From Cyanophora paradoxa CCMP329 (lineage: Eukaryota; Plantae; Glaucophyta), in the NCBI GenBank assembly GCA_004431415.1, contig QPMI01000373.1, positions 1-36,867 of the forward strand: a DNA stretch of 36,867 bases, given 5' to 3'. The notes beneath the pieces were generated by a model, which did not search any database, was not told the origin of the DNA, and worked only from the letters and a program-made list of their open reading frames with translations. Positions 20,648 to 35,600 of this stretch are shown in pieces (positions within the stretch are counted from its first letter, which is position 1; every line of letters starts with the position of its first letter). The position numbers and the translations under genes are program-made.

Positions 20648-22747
20648 ATGGCGTTCGCGCTCAGTCCAGTCACGGCGTCCCCGGCCGGTCGGACGCCAGT
20701 TGCTGTTTCAGCGCAACTAGACAGCAGCTGTGGCCGCATCAGCAGGAGGAGACAAGTCAGCGAGCGTCTGGAGACCGCGCGCAGCGCCCCGTTTGGTGTA
20801 AGGCCCGGAAGCTTCGAGGGGGAGAGCCCGGCGGGGCCGGTTACATTTTGTCCCAGCGCTATCTCTCACCCGCCTGTGCGGGTTGCCAGCGGATCGGGCT
20901 CATCCGAGGACGGCGGCCGGAGTGATGTGCTGACCCTCGGCTGCGAGACAGAGGCGCTGATCACGGAGGCGCTGACGGCCTTCGAGCGATCCGTTCGCGA
21001 GGAAGCGCCAGCGCGACCGCGGCCGGCGCTCGTCACCCCGAGCCCCGCCCCCGAGACCCCGACGCCGTCGCCGACCCCTGCGCCCGGCGAGATCGACGAG
21101 GATGACCGGTGCGCTCCGCGCGGCGCCGCGGGCCGCGCAGCGTTGCTTCCCGCCGCTCGCGCTTGACAGCCGTGCAGCTACGCCATCGCGGCGGACCTCG
21201 CCTGCAGCGAGGTGCTCACGGAGGACAACATGCAGCTCTTCCTCCGCATTCTGCAGGCGCCCCCCGCGTGCGCCGCGCCGTAGCCGCGCCCGCCGCTGAC
21301 GCGCGGCGCGCAGACCGGCTGGCACCCTTCCCCGCGGCTCTTCAACCTCGTCCTCAAGCGGCTCTGCGACTCGCGGCGGGTGGACCTCGCTGTCGGGGCG
21401 CTCCGCACGCTGCAGGCGCGCCGGCGCGGGGGCCGGCGGGGCGCACGCGGGAGGGGCTCTGAGGCGGGGGCGGGGGCGCAGGAGTGCGGCGGGGAGGGGA
21501 ACGAGGCGTCGTACGCGATCCTGATCTCGGCGTGCCGCAAGGCTAACAGGCTGGAGGAGGCCGTCGGGCTCTTCGAGGAGATGCCGGCGCGCGGCGTGCG
21601 CCCCAACGAGTACGTCTACACGCAGGCCATCGTCGCCCTCGGCCGCCGCAACCGCATCCGCCGCGCCCACGCCGTCTTCCAGGCCATGCTGGCGCGCCTC
21701 GCCCCGCCCCGCCCCGCCCCGCCCGCGGCCCCGCGCGCCGCGCCTACCGGTGGCTGACGCGGTTGCGTAGGAGTCGGGGGTAGAGGCGAGCGCGGTGGCG
21801 TACGGGGCGATGATCGACGTGTGGGGCCGGGCGTGCCGGCTGGACCGCGCCCAGGCGACCTTTGAGGCGATGCGCGCCGCCGGCGTGCCCGCCAACGAGG
21901 TCGTCTACGACGCCCTCCTCAACGCCTGCGCCCGCGCCGCCGACCTCCCCCGCGCCTTCCAAGTCCTCCGCGCCATGCAGGTAGCGCCCCGCCCCGCGCC
22001 GCGCCGCGCCGCTGAGCGGTGGCGGGGCGGGGCAGGAGGAGGCGGGGCTGAGCCCGGGGCGGGTCTCGTACAACGCGCTGATCAAGTGCTGCAGCCGGGC
22101 GGGGGACCTCGAGCGCGCGTACGACGTGCTGCACCGCATGCGCGAGGCCGGCGTGCGGCCCAACCGCATCACCTACTCGACACTCATCGGCGCCTGCGGC
22201 CGCGCTGGGCAGCTCGACCGCGCCTTCGACGCCTTCGACGAGATGGAGGCGCGCCCCGCCCCGCCTGCCCGCCCGCCCGCCCCGCCCTCCGCCGCTGCCG
22301 GCGCGTGAGCGTTGGCGCGTGCGTGGCGCGCAGGCGGCGGGGCAGCGAGCGGACTTCATCACGTACTCGGCGCTGTACCACGCGTGCCTCTCGTGCGGGA
22401 ACGAGGCGCGGGCGGAGGCGGTGCGGGAGATCGCCGCCGCCGCCGGCCTCCGTCTCGCCCGCGGCGTCCCGCGCGAGGCCCCGCGCCCCTCCACCAGCCT
22501 CTTCATCGAGAGCCGCACCACCCGGTCCGCCCCGCCCCGCCCCGCCCCCCAGCGCTCCCCACAGAGCCCGACGCCTCACCTGAACCACGGAGGCAGGCTC
22601 TCCGGCGCCCTGCAGGCCGATGTCGCCCGCGTTCGAGGTGCCGCGGAGGGCTCCCCCGAGTCCCCTGCTGCTTCGCCTGCCCCGCCGGCCCGGCCGGCCC
22701 CGCGCTCCCGCGCCGGTTCCGGCAAGCCCCGTGCTGGCCACGCGTGA
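20648..22747 (+). CDS. P-class PPR protein (copy 2)
   Basis: Duplicate of 10537-12630. Last exon reads EGSPESPAASPAPPARPAPRSRAG here versus EGSPSPLLLRLPAGPAGPRSRAG in copy 1 (compensating homopolymer indels). Confidence 0.9.
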
Positions 22748-23400
22748 CAGCGCGCATACACATGTCTAGATTTATGACCAACGTGGCCATCGATATCATC
22801 ATGGCATGATCATGTCATGGGGATCCGGAGGGCCCCGGCCCAGCCCCCGAGCCTTGGAGGGAGCAGCTTCACAAGTTCAAGGCCCTGGCAGGCTGACCAT
22901 GAGGCTTCCCTTCGGGGCGCCGGCCGAGTTCCTCGCGCCGGGGCCTTTCCGTTGGGCCAGTGGGCCAGGAGCCTATAATTTCCGAGTTCGTAATTCCGTT
23001 GGGCCCGGCGAGATATATCGATCATCGGATCGCGAGGCGGAGCTCGATCGCGAGATCTAGAGGGGCTGTTAACGTTGGCATGCGCGAGTCAGCGCGACCA
23101 CCTCATATCAGGCTCATGATCATCTGAGCGAGGCCTAGGGTCCAGGTTAGCTATACGGAGCACTCGCCGTGACCGCCAGCCTAGGCCTACCGCCGGCCGC
23201 GGGCTACCGGTACTACGGTAGCCTGGCCCAGTGGCCGCCCTGGCAGTATACGTAGGGCTCATCTGATCATGCATGAGCCACGTATGCTGGTATATCTTTA
23301 GTAGGTCGGTCTTCGCAGGGCAAATTCTCGGCTTTAGCAGACGGGAAATATTTAGTAGATCGCCCAAAAACTTTTAGTACTATAAGAATGCAGCCCACTA

Positions 23401-23645
23401 CTGTAAACGTAGAAATTTTCGTCGAGACTTAATTTCGACAAAACCCGAAAATCGTGACGAAAATATGGTTCGACAGCATCAAATTTTCGTCAGCCCCGCG
23501 ACTCCGCCATAGACGGGTCAGCCGTTAGTACCCCACTCCATACACAATTTCCGTTCAAGAGAATCAAATATATATATTCGTCACAGTGCAGGTCTGACGA
23601 ATATAGACGAAATAAAGACGCTGTCGAAGATTCCTACGTTTACAG
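23401..23645. mobile_element. 245-nt TA-flanked MITE (copy 2, carried by the duplication)
   Basis: Same TIRs and flanks as 13280-13524. Confidence 0.8.
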
Positions 23646-24742
23646 TATATATGTCTAGTTCTACACGCAAGCGCATTATATTATTAATTAATATGTCAGC
23701 GCGGTAATAAAGTATTACACGCCGGACCCGGAGTGGCGAATCAGTGACGAATCACACTGACGATTCGAATTCACTGACGAATCATATGCATGATGACATC
23801 ATGGCATGAGTAATTAATCAGCCTGGCTGGCGGCGCTGGCGCCGGCGCGGCGCGGCGGCGCACTGCGGCACTGGGCGCTGCCAGGGCGCAGGCCGCGCAG
23901 GCGGCGCAGCAGCTTCGTCAGCTGGTAAGTTCGAAAGTTCGAACTCTACTCATTGCAGACTTTGCAATCAATGCCAGTCATTCTATCATAGCCATTGATA
24001 GGCTGATCCGAATCATGTGATGAATCGCTGCATCACTGGCATCAGCCTGCATCATGGCATGAGCGGCGCCGGGCGATGAGCCAGCTGCAGACTGCAGTCG
24101 ACCTAAGCCGATCTGGACGTTAGATTTCTACAGGAACATCCCACCAATCACAAACGATCGTCCAGACTCTGAGAGCTCGAAGTCGCGCGCGATCGTCGGA
24201 CCTATAGCTATCGATATCGCTAGCGCCGCGCGCCTAGCGCTACGCCGCTAGCGGCCGGGCCGGCCCGGGCGGCGGGCTCTAGCTAGCTCTAGCTACCGGC
24301 GCGGGTAGTCGCCGGCTACTAGCTAGTAGCGCCACTGTTATTATAAGTCCTTCGAATTCATGTAAAATAAATCATTACCTAAAGATTATATTATATAGGC
24401 TCACAGATATATGTATATATATATTCATCAAGTTGTGCTTTCAGTTTGAACAGTTTCTAATATTAATTAACCTAAAGCGAATAATTTATAAGGGCCGGCG
24501 CAATCGACTCGGCGGCGCGAGCAAACGAACTCATAGTTTGCGTATCTAGTTATTAGGACGTGACGCGCGCTTATGATAGAATTGTGACGGCAATACACGT
24601 CACGGCATATAATTCTCTTTATGGCGCTTTGAACGGCGGCCGTGACTGGCCATGGGCGAACCGTGCCGGCCCCGAAGGGGCGGGAAGGGCCCCCGCGAAT
24701 TCGAATTGACGGCGATTTGAGATCATTTGACGCCAATTTGTT

Positions 24743-24778
24743 GGCGAACTTACCGGCGAACTTACCGGCGAACTTACC
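24743..24778 (+). repeat. 12-bp tandem repeat (GGCGAACTTACC)x3 (copy 2)
   Basis: Duplicate of 14620-14655. Confidence 0.9.
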
Positions 24779-25061
24779 CAGAGAAAGTAGACGAGTTGGG
24801 TACAAGGTCGGGGCCTCATTACGCACCTCATTACGCGTTTTGGGAGCTCCCCGCGCCGCGCTTCGGGCCGGCTTCTTTCGCGCAGCTTCGATTCGCGGCT
24901 TAGGCTTGGATAGAAGCTTTTCATCAGTAGCAGTCGGGGGAGCGGCGCGCCGCCTTTTTGGCCGGGGATTGCGGGAGAAGCAGCACCAGCAGCAGCACGC
25001 GGGAGAGGAAGACCACATCGTAACGCTGCCTCCGGCCTTTGCGAAATTAGAGAGCCCTGCG

Positions 25062-26440
25062 ATGTGTCAGGGAAACGGCAGAGTCCCTGTCAACTCGCTA
25101 GGGCAGCGCCCAGTGACCTTCAACACGATCCAGTTCCACAGTCCGTCCTGCACCAATGATGAGGCTTTTGCGGCGGCGCACTGACGGGATGTTCTGCTCT
25201 CCGCAGACCTGCACGAGATAATCGCTCGTGCCATCCAGGACTGCGCTCCGGAGCTGATTAAACCGCTGCTTGCGGGAACTGCCGTTCCCGATGGGGATCA
25301 GGGTTGCGCTAGCGGCAAGGACAGCGTCCCCTCGACCCGGAACGCTTCCCCTTCGCCATCGCCAGTCCCCCGAAAGCCCACCAGCCTCATCGACCTCAGT
25401 TCGCAGCCCGAGGTCCAGGTGCAATCTCCGTCTCCTGACCTGTGCTGCGAGCTTATTGTAGTACTCAGGCTGAGCCGGATAACAAGATAGTAGCACGCGC
25501 GTCGACCGTCGCGCTGCGGAAGGTCAAGAGCCATGGGGCCAACTTGGACGATCTCGCCTCGGCCTTCGAGTGCTCCGGCCGGTTCCCGGCAGATCGGAGT
25601 GTAGACCGTCCCTGTGTTGAGGAGGAGTCTCCCGATGAGGACGACGAGTCAGAGGCAGCGGCTCGACGCCGGGGGCTCGAAGTGGACGCCGCGATGGACT
25701 CGTTTCCCGGCCCCCGGAAGCTTGAAATCCTCGGCCACTGGATGGACTGCGTTAGCGCACTCGAGCGCGTGTACAGGTGAGACCCGCCGCGGATTGAGGT
25801 TTCGCGCCGTTCTGATGTCGCTCGCTCAGGAATTACCCATCGAGCGCTACGCGTTCTGTTGACACGAAGCTGCTGATTGATATGGTGGAGCGCAAGCGTG
25901 CTGACATCATCGCTGACCCCGCCACTCCTAGTGCGTGAAGTTTCTGGGGTCTGCTCTCCCTCTCGCTGCGAGCTGATCAAATTCGATCCACACTGCGCAG
26001 TCCTCAGGCTCGTCCGCCGTATGCAGCAGCAGCTGTTCGCCAAGCGTACTCCGCAGCACTTCCTGTCGTCTGCCTCCGTCCAGCAGCCCCTAACTTCCGG
26101 CGGTCCCTGCCCCTCATCCCACCAGCGCTTCAACCGCCGGACTCGCGATCCCTACTTCTCGCGGACGCCATCGGGCCCGCCCTCGCGCTCGCGCTCTCCG
26201 GGGCCGCCGGTGCCGGAGAACCTGGTGGACCCCGTGTTCGACCCTCTCCTCGGGGCGCCGCCCGTGTCGGGCCTCAAGGTCTGCGTGCACCGGGGCCCGC
26301 CCGTGAACGCCAAGTTCTATCCCTGCATCCCGCTCCTCGCGGCCGCACAGGCCGGCCTCACCCGCGAGGAGGAGCCCGAGGCCCCCATCGACCTCCCCCG
26401 CCCCCGATACTTCAGCATGCCCGCGCCGGCCACCACATGA
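25062..26440 (+). CDS. Hypothetical protein (copy 2)
   Basis: Duplicate of 14938-16316. Confidence 0.6.
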
Positions 26441-26945
26441 TCCACTTCTTAGCCTGCTTTTCGCTAGCACTATCGTCTAGCTCTAGACCTCGATCCTCGA
26501 TCCTCGTGTAGTGTGTACCATACTTGGCCGGCGGCGGCGATGGTCAGTGCCCGCCGTCTGGCATTGCAGGGCTTCTTGATGCAGAGTGCATTTGGCGTAT
26601 TGAAGTTTACCTGAACCCTTGGATATATTTTCCTGACGTGTAGCATATCGTCCCGAGTTATTCGCCTAGTATTTCAATCTTTAGTCGCAGTGCCCTTGTA
26701 CTCTATATTTGGCAGTGTAGCGTCAGGCCTAATTTAAGAGTAGTTACAATAGGTAAGGCTCAGAGATTTCAGGATTCAACTGAGCTCATGTCTGCTTATA
26801 CCTCTGTCTGCTTATTGATCGAGCTCATGTCTGCTTCCGCTCAATTGAGAAGATCATTACGGGTCCCGCACGGACGACGAGTGCTGACGCTGTCGATGGC
26901 CCGCCCCGATCCTGATGCCTCCGAGGCCGCGGGGGCGCCTAGGGC

Positions 26946-28607
26946 TCATAGCTTGATCTTGGTCTTGAGCACCTGCGGGGCCCCGGGGCGAGGCGTAAGC
27001 GGGGCGCTGGGAGAGGGGGCTGGGGGGGAGCAGGGGGCGCCTTGGAGACGATGCGGAAGGTGAGGCTGACGCGGGCCTCGTCGCGGGCGATCTCCACCCC
27101 GTCCACCACGTCCGCCTGCGGCAGCATCGGCCGCAGAGGGCGGGGCGGGGCGGGGACCACCGCGGGGTCGGCAGCCCCGAGCCTGGGAGCCGGCGGGGCG
27201 GGGCGGCGGTGGCAGCGCACCTCGCGCTCCGCGATGCCGTGGCGGTGCTCGAGGTACGCGGGGCCCGTGAAGACGTACAGCGACCTGCCGCCCCGCACGC
27301 CCCGCCCCCTCGGCGTTCGCCACAGGGCGCGCCGAGTCATGGGGGGGCCGAGGGCGGTCCCCACCTCCGTCGCGCGTAGAGGGACAGGACCGGCGGATCG
27401 CCCCTGTGCGGAGCCAGCGCGGCGTTCAGCAGGCGAGCAGGAGGCAGCTGCGGGCTTGGGCGGCGAAACGGGGGCGGACGCGGGTGCGGCCTTCGGGTAG
27501 AAGTCGAGGCTCAGGCTCCCCGCCACGTTCAGCGTCGCCACCTGCAATCCACCGCACTTCGATTCGATTCTTCACCCACCACTGAACCGATTCGATTCCT
27601 CACCATCGGGTAGTATAGCGGACCTGGGCGTGGGGGGGGGGGGGGGGGACGGTGGGTAGGGGAGGGGCAAGGGGAAAGACGGTGGAGAAGGACGGTACCG
27701 TCCTCGTGTGGCTGGCCCAACGGGGCGGGGCACATGTACAGGGCGCGGGAAGCGGTCAGGGGCGGGCGAGCAGCGCCTAGATGCATGGGGGCCTCCGGAG
27801 GTGGGCGGGTGGTGTACCATGATGCCCTACGAAAGCGTTGGTCAGGGGCGCAGCTGGAGCCGGGGCCGGAACGCTAGGAGCGCGCCGCCTCCCGGGGGGG
27901 CTACAGACCTGCCCCCGCTTGTACTCATTGATGAGGACGTGGTTCGGGGGGGAGGGAAAGATGGCCCTCTGGTGCAGAAGCTCGCAGTACCTCGAGAGCC
28001 ATGGGGGTACTGTGCAGGGAGCGGGGTCAGCGCGGCCCGGCCGCGGCCTGGCCGGATCGTTCGGCTTGGGCCGGGGCCGGGCGTACTTCGATCGGGGACC
28101 ATCCTGCGCGGGCGGCGGCCTCGTCATACGAATCGATGGGTGTAAGCGCGTGTGCCAGTGTGCAAACGCACCCTCGCGGATGCGGCAAGCCGCCTGCTCG
28201 CCGTGCGTACGCCCGCCGCGCGGCGATGGCTTCAACTCAAGCGCGCATGACACAAGCGTAAGCGTGCGCACCCCAGTTCCTGCGAATGATCAGATGAAGA
28301 TGCGCAAGCGCACGCTGATGCGCACTGAAGCCTCCTGTTCAGCAGCTGGCCGGGAGTCAGTCATGACGCGAACCCGGCAACGCAGCGGCCGCGCACCTGC
28401 GTCCACTTGAGAGCCGGAGCGCCGTAGATCTGAAAGCGCGCGCGGCAATCAGGCCGGCGTCGGCGAACTGCTGCATGCGTCGGCGACCTGGTCGATAAGC
28501 TCCTGCTCCTGCTCGTCCGCCACGAAGTCGGGAACGATATACAATCCCGCGAAGCCCTCGACCGCGTGCGCCTGGAGCCATTCGGGCACGCTGGGGGCCT
28601 CTGCCAT
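26946..28607 (-). CDS. ALKBH6: AlkB-family Fe(II)/2-oxoglutarate dioxygenase, ALKBH6 orthologue; 15 exons
   Basis: Spliced product [137 protein letters not shown]...RSLYVFTGPAYLEHRHGI...ARVSLTFRIVSKVLKTKIKL*. HxD...H...RxSxTxR catalytic residues plus the ALKBH6-type blocks KWTQL..R.LQNWGG.PHP.GM and [13 protein letters not shown]. Confidence 0.92.
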
Positions 28608-28641
28608 CACTTGGGGCAGTTATTCGTGTACCCGCCTACAC

Positions 28642-28713
28642 CGTCGCATCGGTCGCGACGGTCGCGTCGGTTGCGACGGTCGCGACGGTCGCGTCGCTGT
28701 CGCGACTCGCGAC
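28642..28713. repeat. Degenerate 9-bp tandem repeat (GGTCGCGAC)n in a divergent promoter
   Basis: Units at 28642, 28651, 28660, 28669, 28678 and 28687 plus two partial units; the core GTCGCGAC is palindromic. Confidence 0.85.
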
Positions 28714-28800
28714 GTGTCGAGTCGGACGCGTTAGGCTCGGTCGGCGTGCGGTTTTTTGGAGGTTGTTTCTGCGTGGATTGCACGCCACGCGACACACGCC

Positions 28801-29272
28801 ATGCTCGGGCCCATAGCGACCCTCGTTGGTGCTGCTGGTCCATCTGGCATCCGCCGATTCCCCTTCTTACGACCTTTTCCAGGGATCGCGTCTGTATTCG
28901 CCCGGCAAGCGGGTCTCATCCACGACGATGGTCCTGTGGGCGGAACCGACGCTCCCGACAGTCCCCCCAATAGCGCCTCGTTCAATCCGCGCCTCGCTCC
29001 TATGCCCCGGGATTTGCACGTACCGGCCAAGCGGCCCACGCTGCTCCGGCACACACTCAGGCCCTCGAGCGACGAGGACGAAGAACAACAGATCGACCTC
29101 CTCTCCGCGCTGCTCGTCGAAGAAGACGCGGCGCATCTCGCCGAGGGGGCTTTCATGTACAGCGAAGCAGAAGATTTCGATTTGGTGCGCTGTGTCTGCC
29201 CAAAGAGTCGCCTCGATGATCGCTGATTCTTCTCAGGATACCGATGTGATGATCGGCTTTGCCGACTTGTAG
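28801..29272 (+). CDS. Small hypothetical protein with an acidic C-terminus
   Basis: MLGPIATLVG...SSDEDEEQQIDLLSALLVEEDAAHLAEGAFMYSEAEDFDL, then intron 29185-29236 (GTGCGC...CTGAT...CAG), then DTDVMIGFADL*. A further 5' intron is possible. Confidence 0.5.
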
Positions 29273-29879
29273 CGTGGCGTTCGCTCTTGCCACGCTGTAC
29301 ATTACGTTATCATTGCTCAGTTTAGTGTACAGTTATTGTTTAGATGTTGTATTGGGGAACGATGTGGTTTCTGGATTCTCCTTTAGCGCTTGCTTTCTTT
29401 TCTCTCCAGGCCTGCATTTTTCAGGAGCCTCTTTCCCTCGCGGCTTTTTAAGCGCCCTGGACCTTGTACCGTGGTCCGGGGGCGCAACGATGGCCGCTAG
29501 AGCGTCTGGGGGTCCTCTATCATCTGCAGCAGATCCCTTCTGGGACTCTACGTTGCAAATGTCAGGCAGATCCCCGATATTCAGCGCAATGACACGAGCC
29601 TCTCTAAGGGCATTATTGCTGCGCATGCAGTGCTGGGACCTTCTAGCGACGTCGACAGGACACACTGACTGCCCCAGCCCCAGCTGCACATCGATTGTCA
29701 AGCTTAAGAATAATTATATAACCTAGGCCTAGGCCTAGTGGAACTCGCCGATCTCAACATCCCCACTCCACACCATGGGCCCGTCAAGAGGACATGGTTC
29801 GAACATACCATACTACGATATGTATTGATCATGAGCGCGGCCATGCAAGCGCGGCCGGCTGGGTCGCTGAGCGGCGCCG

Positions 29880-32393
<2,514 letters not shown>

Positions 32394-32507
32394 CTACATG
32401 TGCTAGCCGCCCTGTTCAGCTGCTTGTACACCGTTAGACGAGCTAGCTGGAGCTCAGCTCCCGCCGCCCGCGTGCCCGCAGCCTCGGAGCTTTCAGCCAC
32501 GACGCTG

Positions 32508-32519
32508 CGATATATATCG
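32508..32519. promoter_or_regulatory. Palindromic TATA-like element CGATATATATCG between ProRS and the ANK-TIR gene
   Basis: 12-bp perfect palindrome in the 317-nt gap between divergent start codons 32324 and 32642. Confidence 0.4.
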
Positions 32520-32641
32520 ATGCGCTTTTGTTATCAATGCGCTTGGTAGCACTCACATACCAGCGCTTCCTTGTCGCTGGCAGTTAACGTACACGCGACC
32601 GGAGGGCGTGGGTGCCTGGCAGTAGCGCCGGCAGCGCGGGG

Positions 32642-35600
32642 ATGGCGTGGTGGACGCGTCCCTTCCGCGGCCTCAAGGCCGTCAACTGCATCGACGAGGA
32701 GGGCGGCGTCCTCCTTAAGAAGCACATGAAGCCACTGGAAGAGCCGGAAATCATCTCGCAGCGCGTGTGGCGGCAGCAGCTGATGGTCGAGTTCATGAAG
32801 CTCCCTCCCCAGGAGCGGCCCATCCCACAGACGCTCCGCTTCTCTGCCCTCCACATCGCCGTCCACCGCGGGCAGACGGAGGCGAGCTGCTCCGCGTCGC
32901 CCTGGCCTAGGCCTGGGCGTGCAGCTAATGTGCGCGTGGTCCCGGGCGCGCGCAGACGGCGGCAGCGATCTTGGCCGAGGACAAGAGGGCGGCGAACGAA
33001 GAGGACGGGCTGAGGCGGCCGCCGCTCGCGTACGCTGTCGCCGCAGGCAACCCCGAGGCGCGCCGGGCGCCCGAGCCGCGCCGTGCGCGCCGGGGCCGAC
33101 GCGCTCCCCCGCCCGCAGATCACGAGGCTCCTACTGGAGGCCGGCGCCAGCCACGAGTTCACGTGCGCCCCTTTTCGGGCCCCGCGGCCGGTCTTGTCGT
33201 AAACTGTATCTGACGCGCCCGCCCCGCCGCAGCCTGGGCCAGATGGACAGGCGAGCGGCGGGTGCCTCCCAATCTCCGGCGCGGCCTGAGCGGAGGGGAA
33301 CGGGGCGGGGCGCAGGATGGCGACGTCGTACACCCTGGCCGTCGACAGCGGCTCGCTGGATGTCCTCAGGCCCGCCCCGCCCGCCCCGCCCCACCCGCCC
33401 CCAGCGCGAAGCGAGCCTACCCGGCAGGCTCATCCTCGACTACGCTCTCTCGGCGCGGGCGCGGGATCCCGCCGCCCGGCCGCCCCGCGAGGCGCCTGCC
33501 CTCCGCCGCCGCCTCGCGCCGGCCTCATGGAGATTGCGCAGGCGCTGCTCAAGTCCCTGGAGGAGCGTGCCGGGCAGTACGGCAGCGACGCCCCGCGGCC
33601 CCTCCTGGGTGCGCCCCGCCGGCTTCGCACGACCCCGCCGGATGCATGCGACGCGAGCGCAGCGGCCGTGCGGCGGGTGCTGCGCGTGGCACTCGCCGAC
33701 CTCTTCCCGCCCCTGCCGGCCCCGCCCCCGGCCGAGGGCGAAGGCGGGGGCGAGGGCGAGGGCGGCCCCGATGCGAAACCGGCGCCGCCGGAGGGCGAGG
33801 CGGAGGCGGCGGGGCCGGCGGCGGAGGAGGCTGACGGGGAGACGGCGCTGATGCTGGCGTGCCGGCACGGGCTCGCCCTCACGGCGGCCCGCCTCGCCGA
33901 GGCGCGCCCCGAGCCGAGGTGCGGCCTCGGGGGCGCGCGGGTGCGCTGGCGCTGGTGGCGACTCTGTCGGCAGGGCGCGCTCGGGGCGGGGCTCACGGCC
34001 CTCCACCTCGCCGTCCTCGGCGGCCTGCGCGAGGCGCGGCCCCCCCCCCCCCCCCCTCCCCCCCCCCCCCCCCGCGCCCCTTCCCCCACCCCTCCCCCGA
34101 CGCCCCGCGCAGGTCGCGTACGCTCTCATCGCGAGGGGCGCCGACCTCCTCGCGGAGGGGGGCGAGGGCCCCGGCGCCCGCAGCGTGCTGGAGTGCACGG
34201 CCGGTGCGAGGGACCTCGGCCCGGCCGCCTCCCCTTTCCTGCGCGGGGCCGACGCCGCGGCAGACGTCGAGTTCCGCGCGGCGCTGAAGCGGGCGGCCGG
34301 CGTGCGCGATGTCTTCATCTCCTACGGGCACCGTGCGCAGATGTTTTCACGAGACCCAAAGCCGCGTGCAGTCCAATCCGCATCTTGCAGAGCCGCCGGA
34401 GGTGGCGGAGTTCGCGCGGCGGCTGCGGGACCGGCTCGAGGCGGCGCACGTGTGAGCCCCGCCGCGGCGACCGGCCGGCCGGGGCGCTGAGGGGGACGGG
34501 GGCAGGACGTGCTGGCTGGACGAGCAGCGGCCGAGCGGGATCGAGGCGGGGACGGAGTGGCGGGAGCAGATCGGGGCGGGCATCGCCGCCGCGCAGGCCG
34601 TCGTCTTCGTCGCATCCCGCCACGCCTGCGCCTCCGAGTGGTGCCGGCGCGCTCCGACCCCTCCCTCTCCTCTTCTCCCTCGCCCCTCTCGCCTCTGGCG
34701 TCTGAGGCGCCCCGCGGCACCAGACGCGAGCTCTCCCGCGCCTCCGACCTCGGTGTGACGCCGCCGCCCGCGCGCCCCCTTGTGCGCCCCGCGCTCGAGC
34801 GTTGCGGGCAGGGCGGCCGATCTTCCCCGTCTGGCGCGAGCTCTCGCCCCTCGACGCCGAGCTGCAGGCGCGCCCGCCCCCGCCGCGAGCCTCTGCGCCG
34901 GGCAGCGCGCTGAGCGGGCGCGGGGGCAGGGCCTCCTCTACAAGACGCAGTTCGCCGACTTCTCCGACGACGAGCGATTCGACGCCGCCTTCCCCGCCTT
35001 CGCCCTCACCGTACCCGCCTTTCTTTCCCCCCCCCCCCCCCCCCCTCCCCTTGCCGGCCCCGAGCAGCGGCGGCAGGTCTCGCAGGCGGTGAACCGGACC
35101 GGGGGGAGGCGGGACGGGCGCGGCCCGCCCCGCGGCGCCTCGGAAGAGGATGCGTCCGCCGCCGCCGCCGCCGCCCTCGTGAGCCTCTTGTCCTTCTCTG
35201 GCCGGCGTTCGCCGCTGACCTCCCCGCAGCTCGCCTCGCCCGAGGCGCGGCCGCCCATCGACGACCCCAGCGCCCCTTTCTACGTCCTCTGGTGCTGCCC
35301 GGCGGTCCGCCCGCCCCCACGCCGGCGAGCCGGCCCGTGCTCTCCTCTGCTGAGCGGGCCTGCCTGCTAGGACGCGGCCTTCGCGTCGCAGCTGGCGGGC
35401 GGCCTGAGGGAGCGCGGCATGGCCGTCTGGGTGGACTGCCCCGCCCCCTCCCCGGCCGGCGGGGAGCAGGGGGAGGCGCCGGGCGAGGCGGCGCGGGCGA
35501 TCGGGGCGTGCGCCGGCTTCGTGCCGCTGCTCTCGGCGGCGTCGGCCGGCTCGGGGCTGCTGCGGGACCGCGTGCAGCTGGCAGAGCTCGCGGGGCGGGC

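Larger units (their letters stand above)
16817..26940 (+). repeat. Tandem segmental duplication, copy 2 (10,124 nt)
   Basis: Colinear with 6705-16816; the offset drifts between about 10,110 and 10,124 through small indels in G/C runs. Confidence 0.95.

Noticed and set aside
29259-29726. ORFs 29259-29726 (+) and 29333-29701 (-)
   Set aside because: Low-GC region between convergent genes, with no host codon bias and no recognisable motif; likely UTRs.
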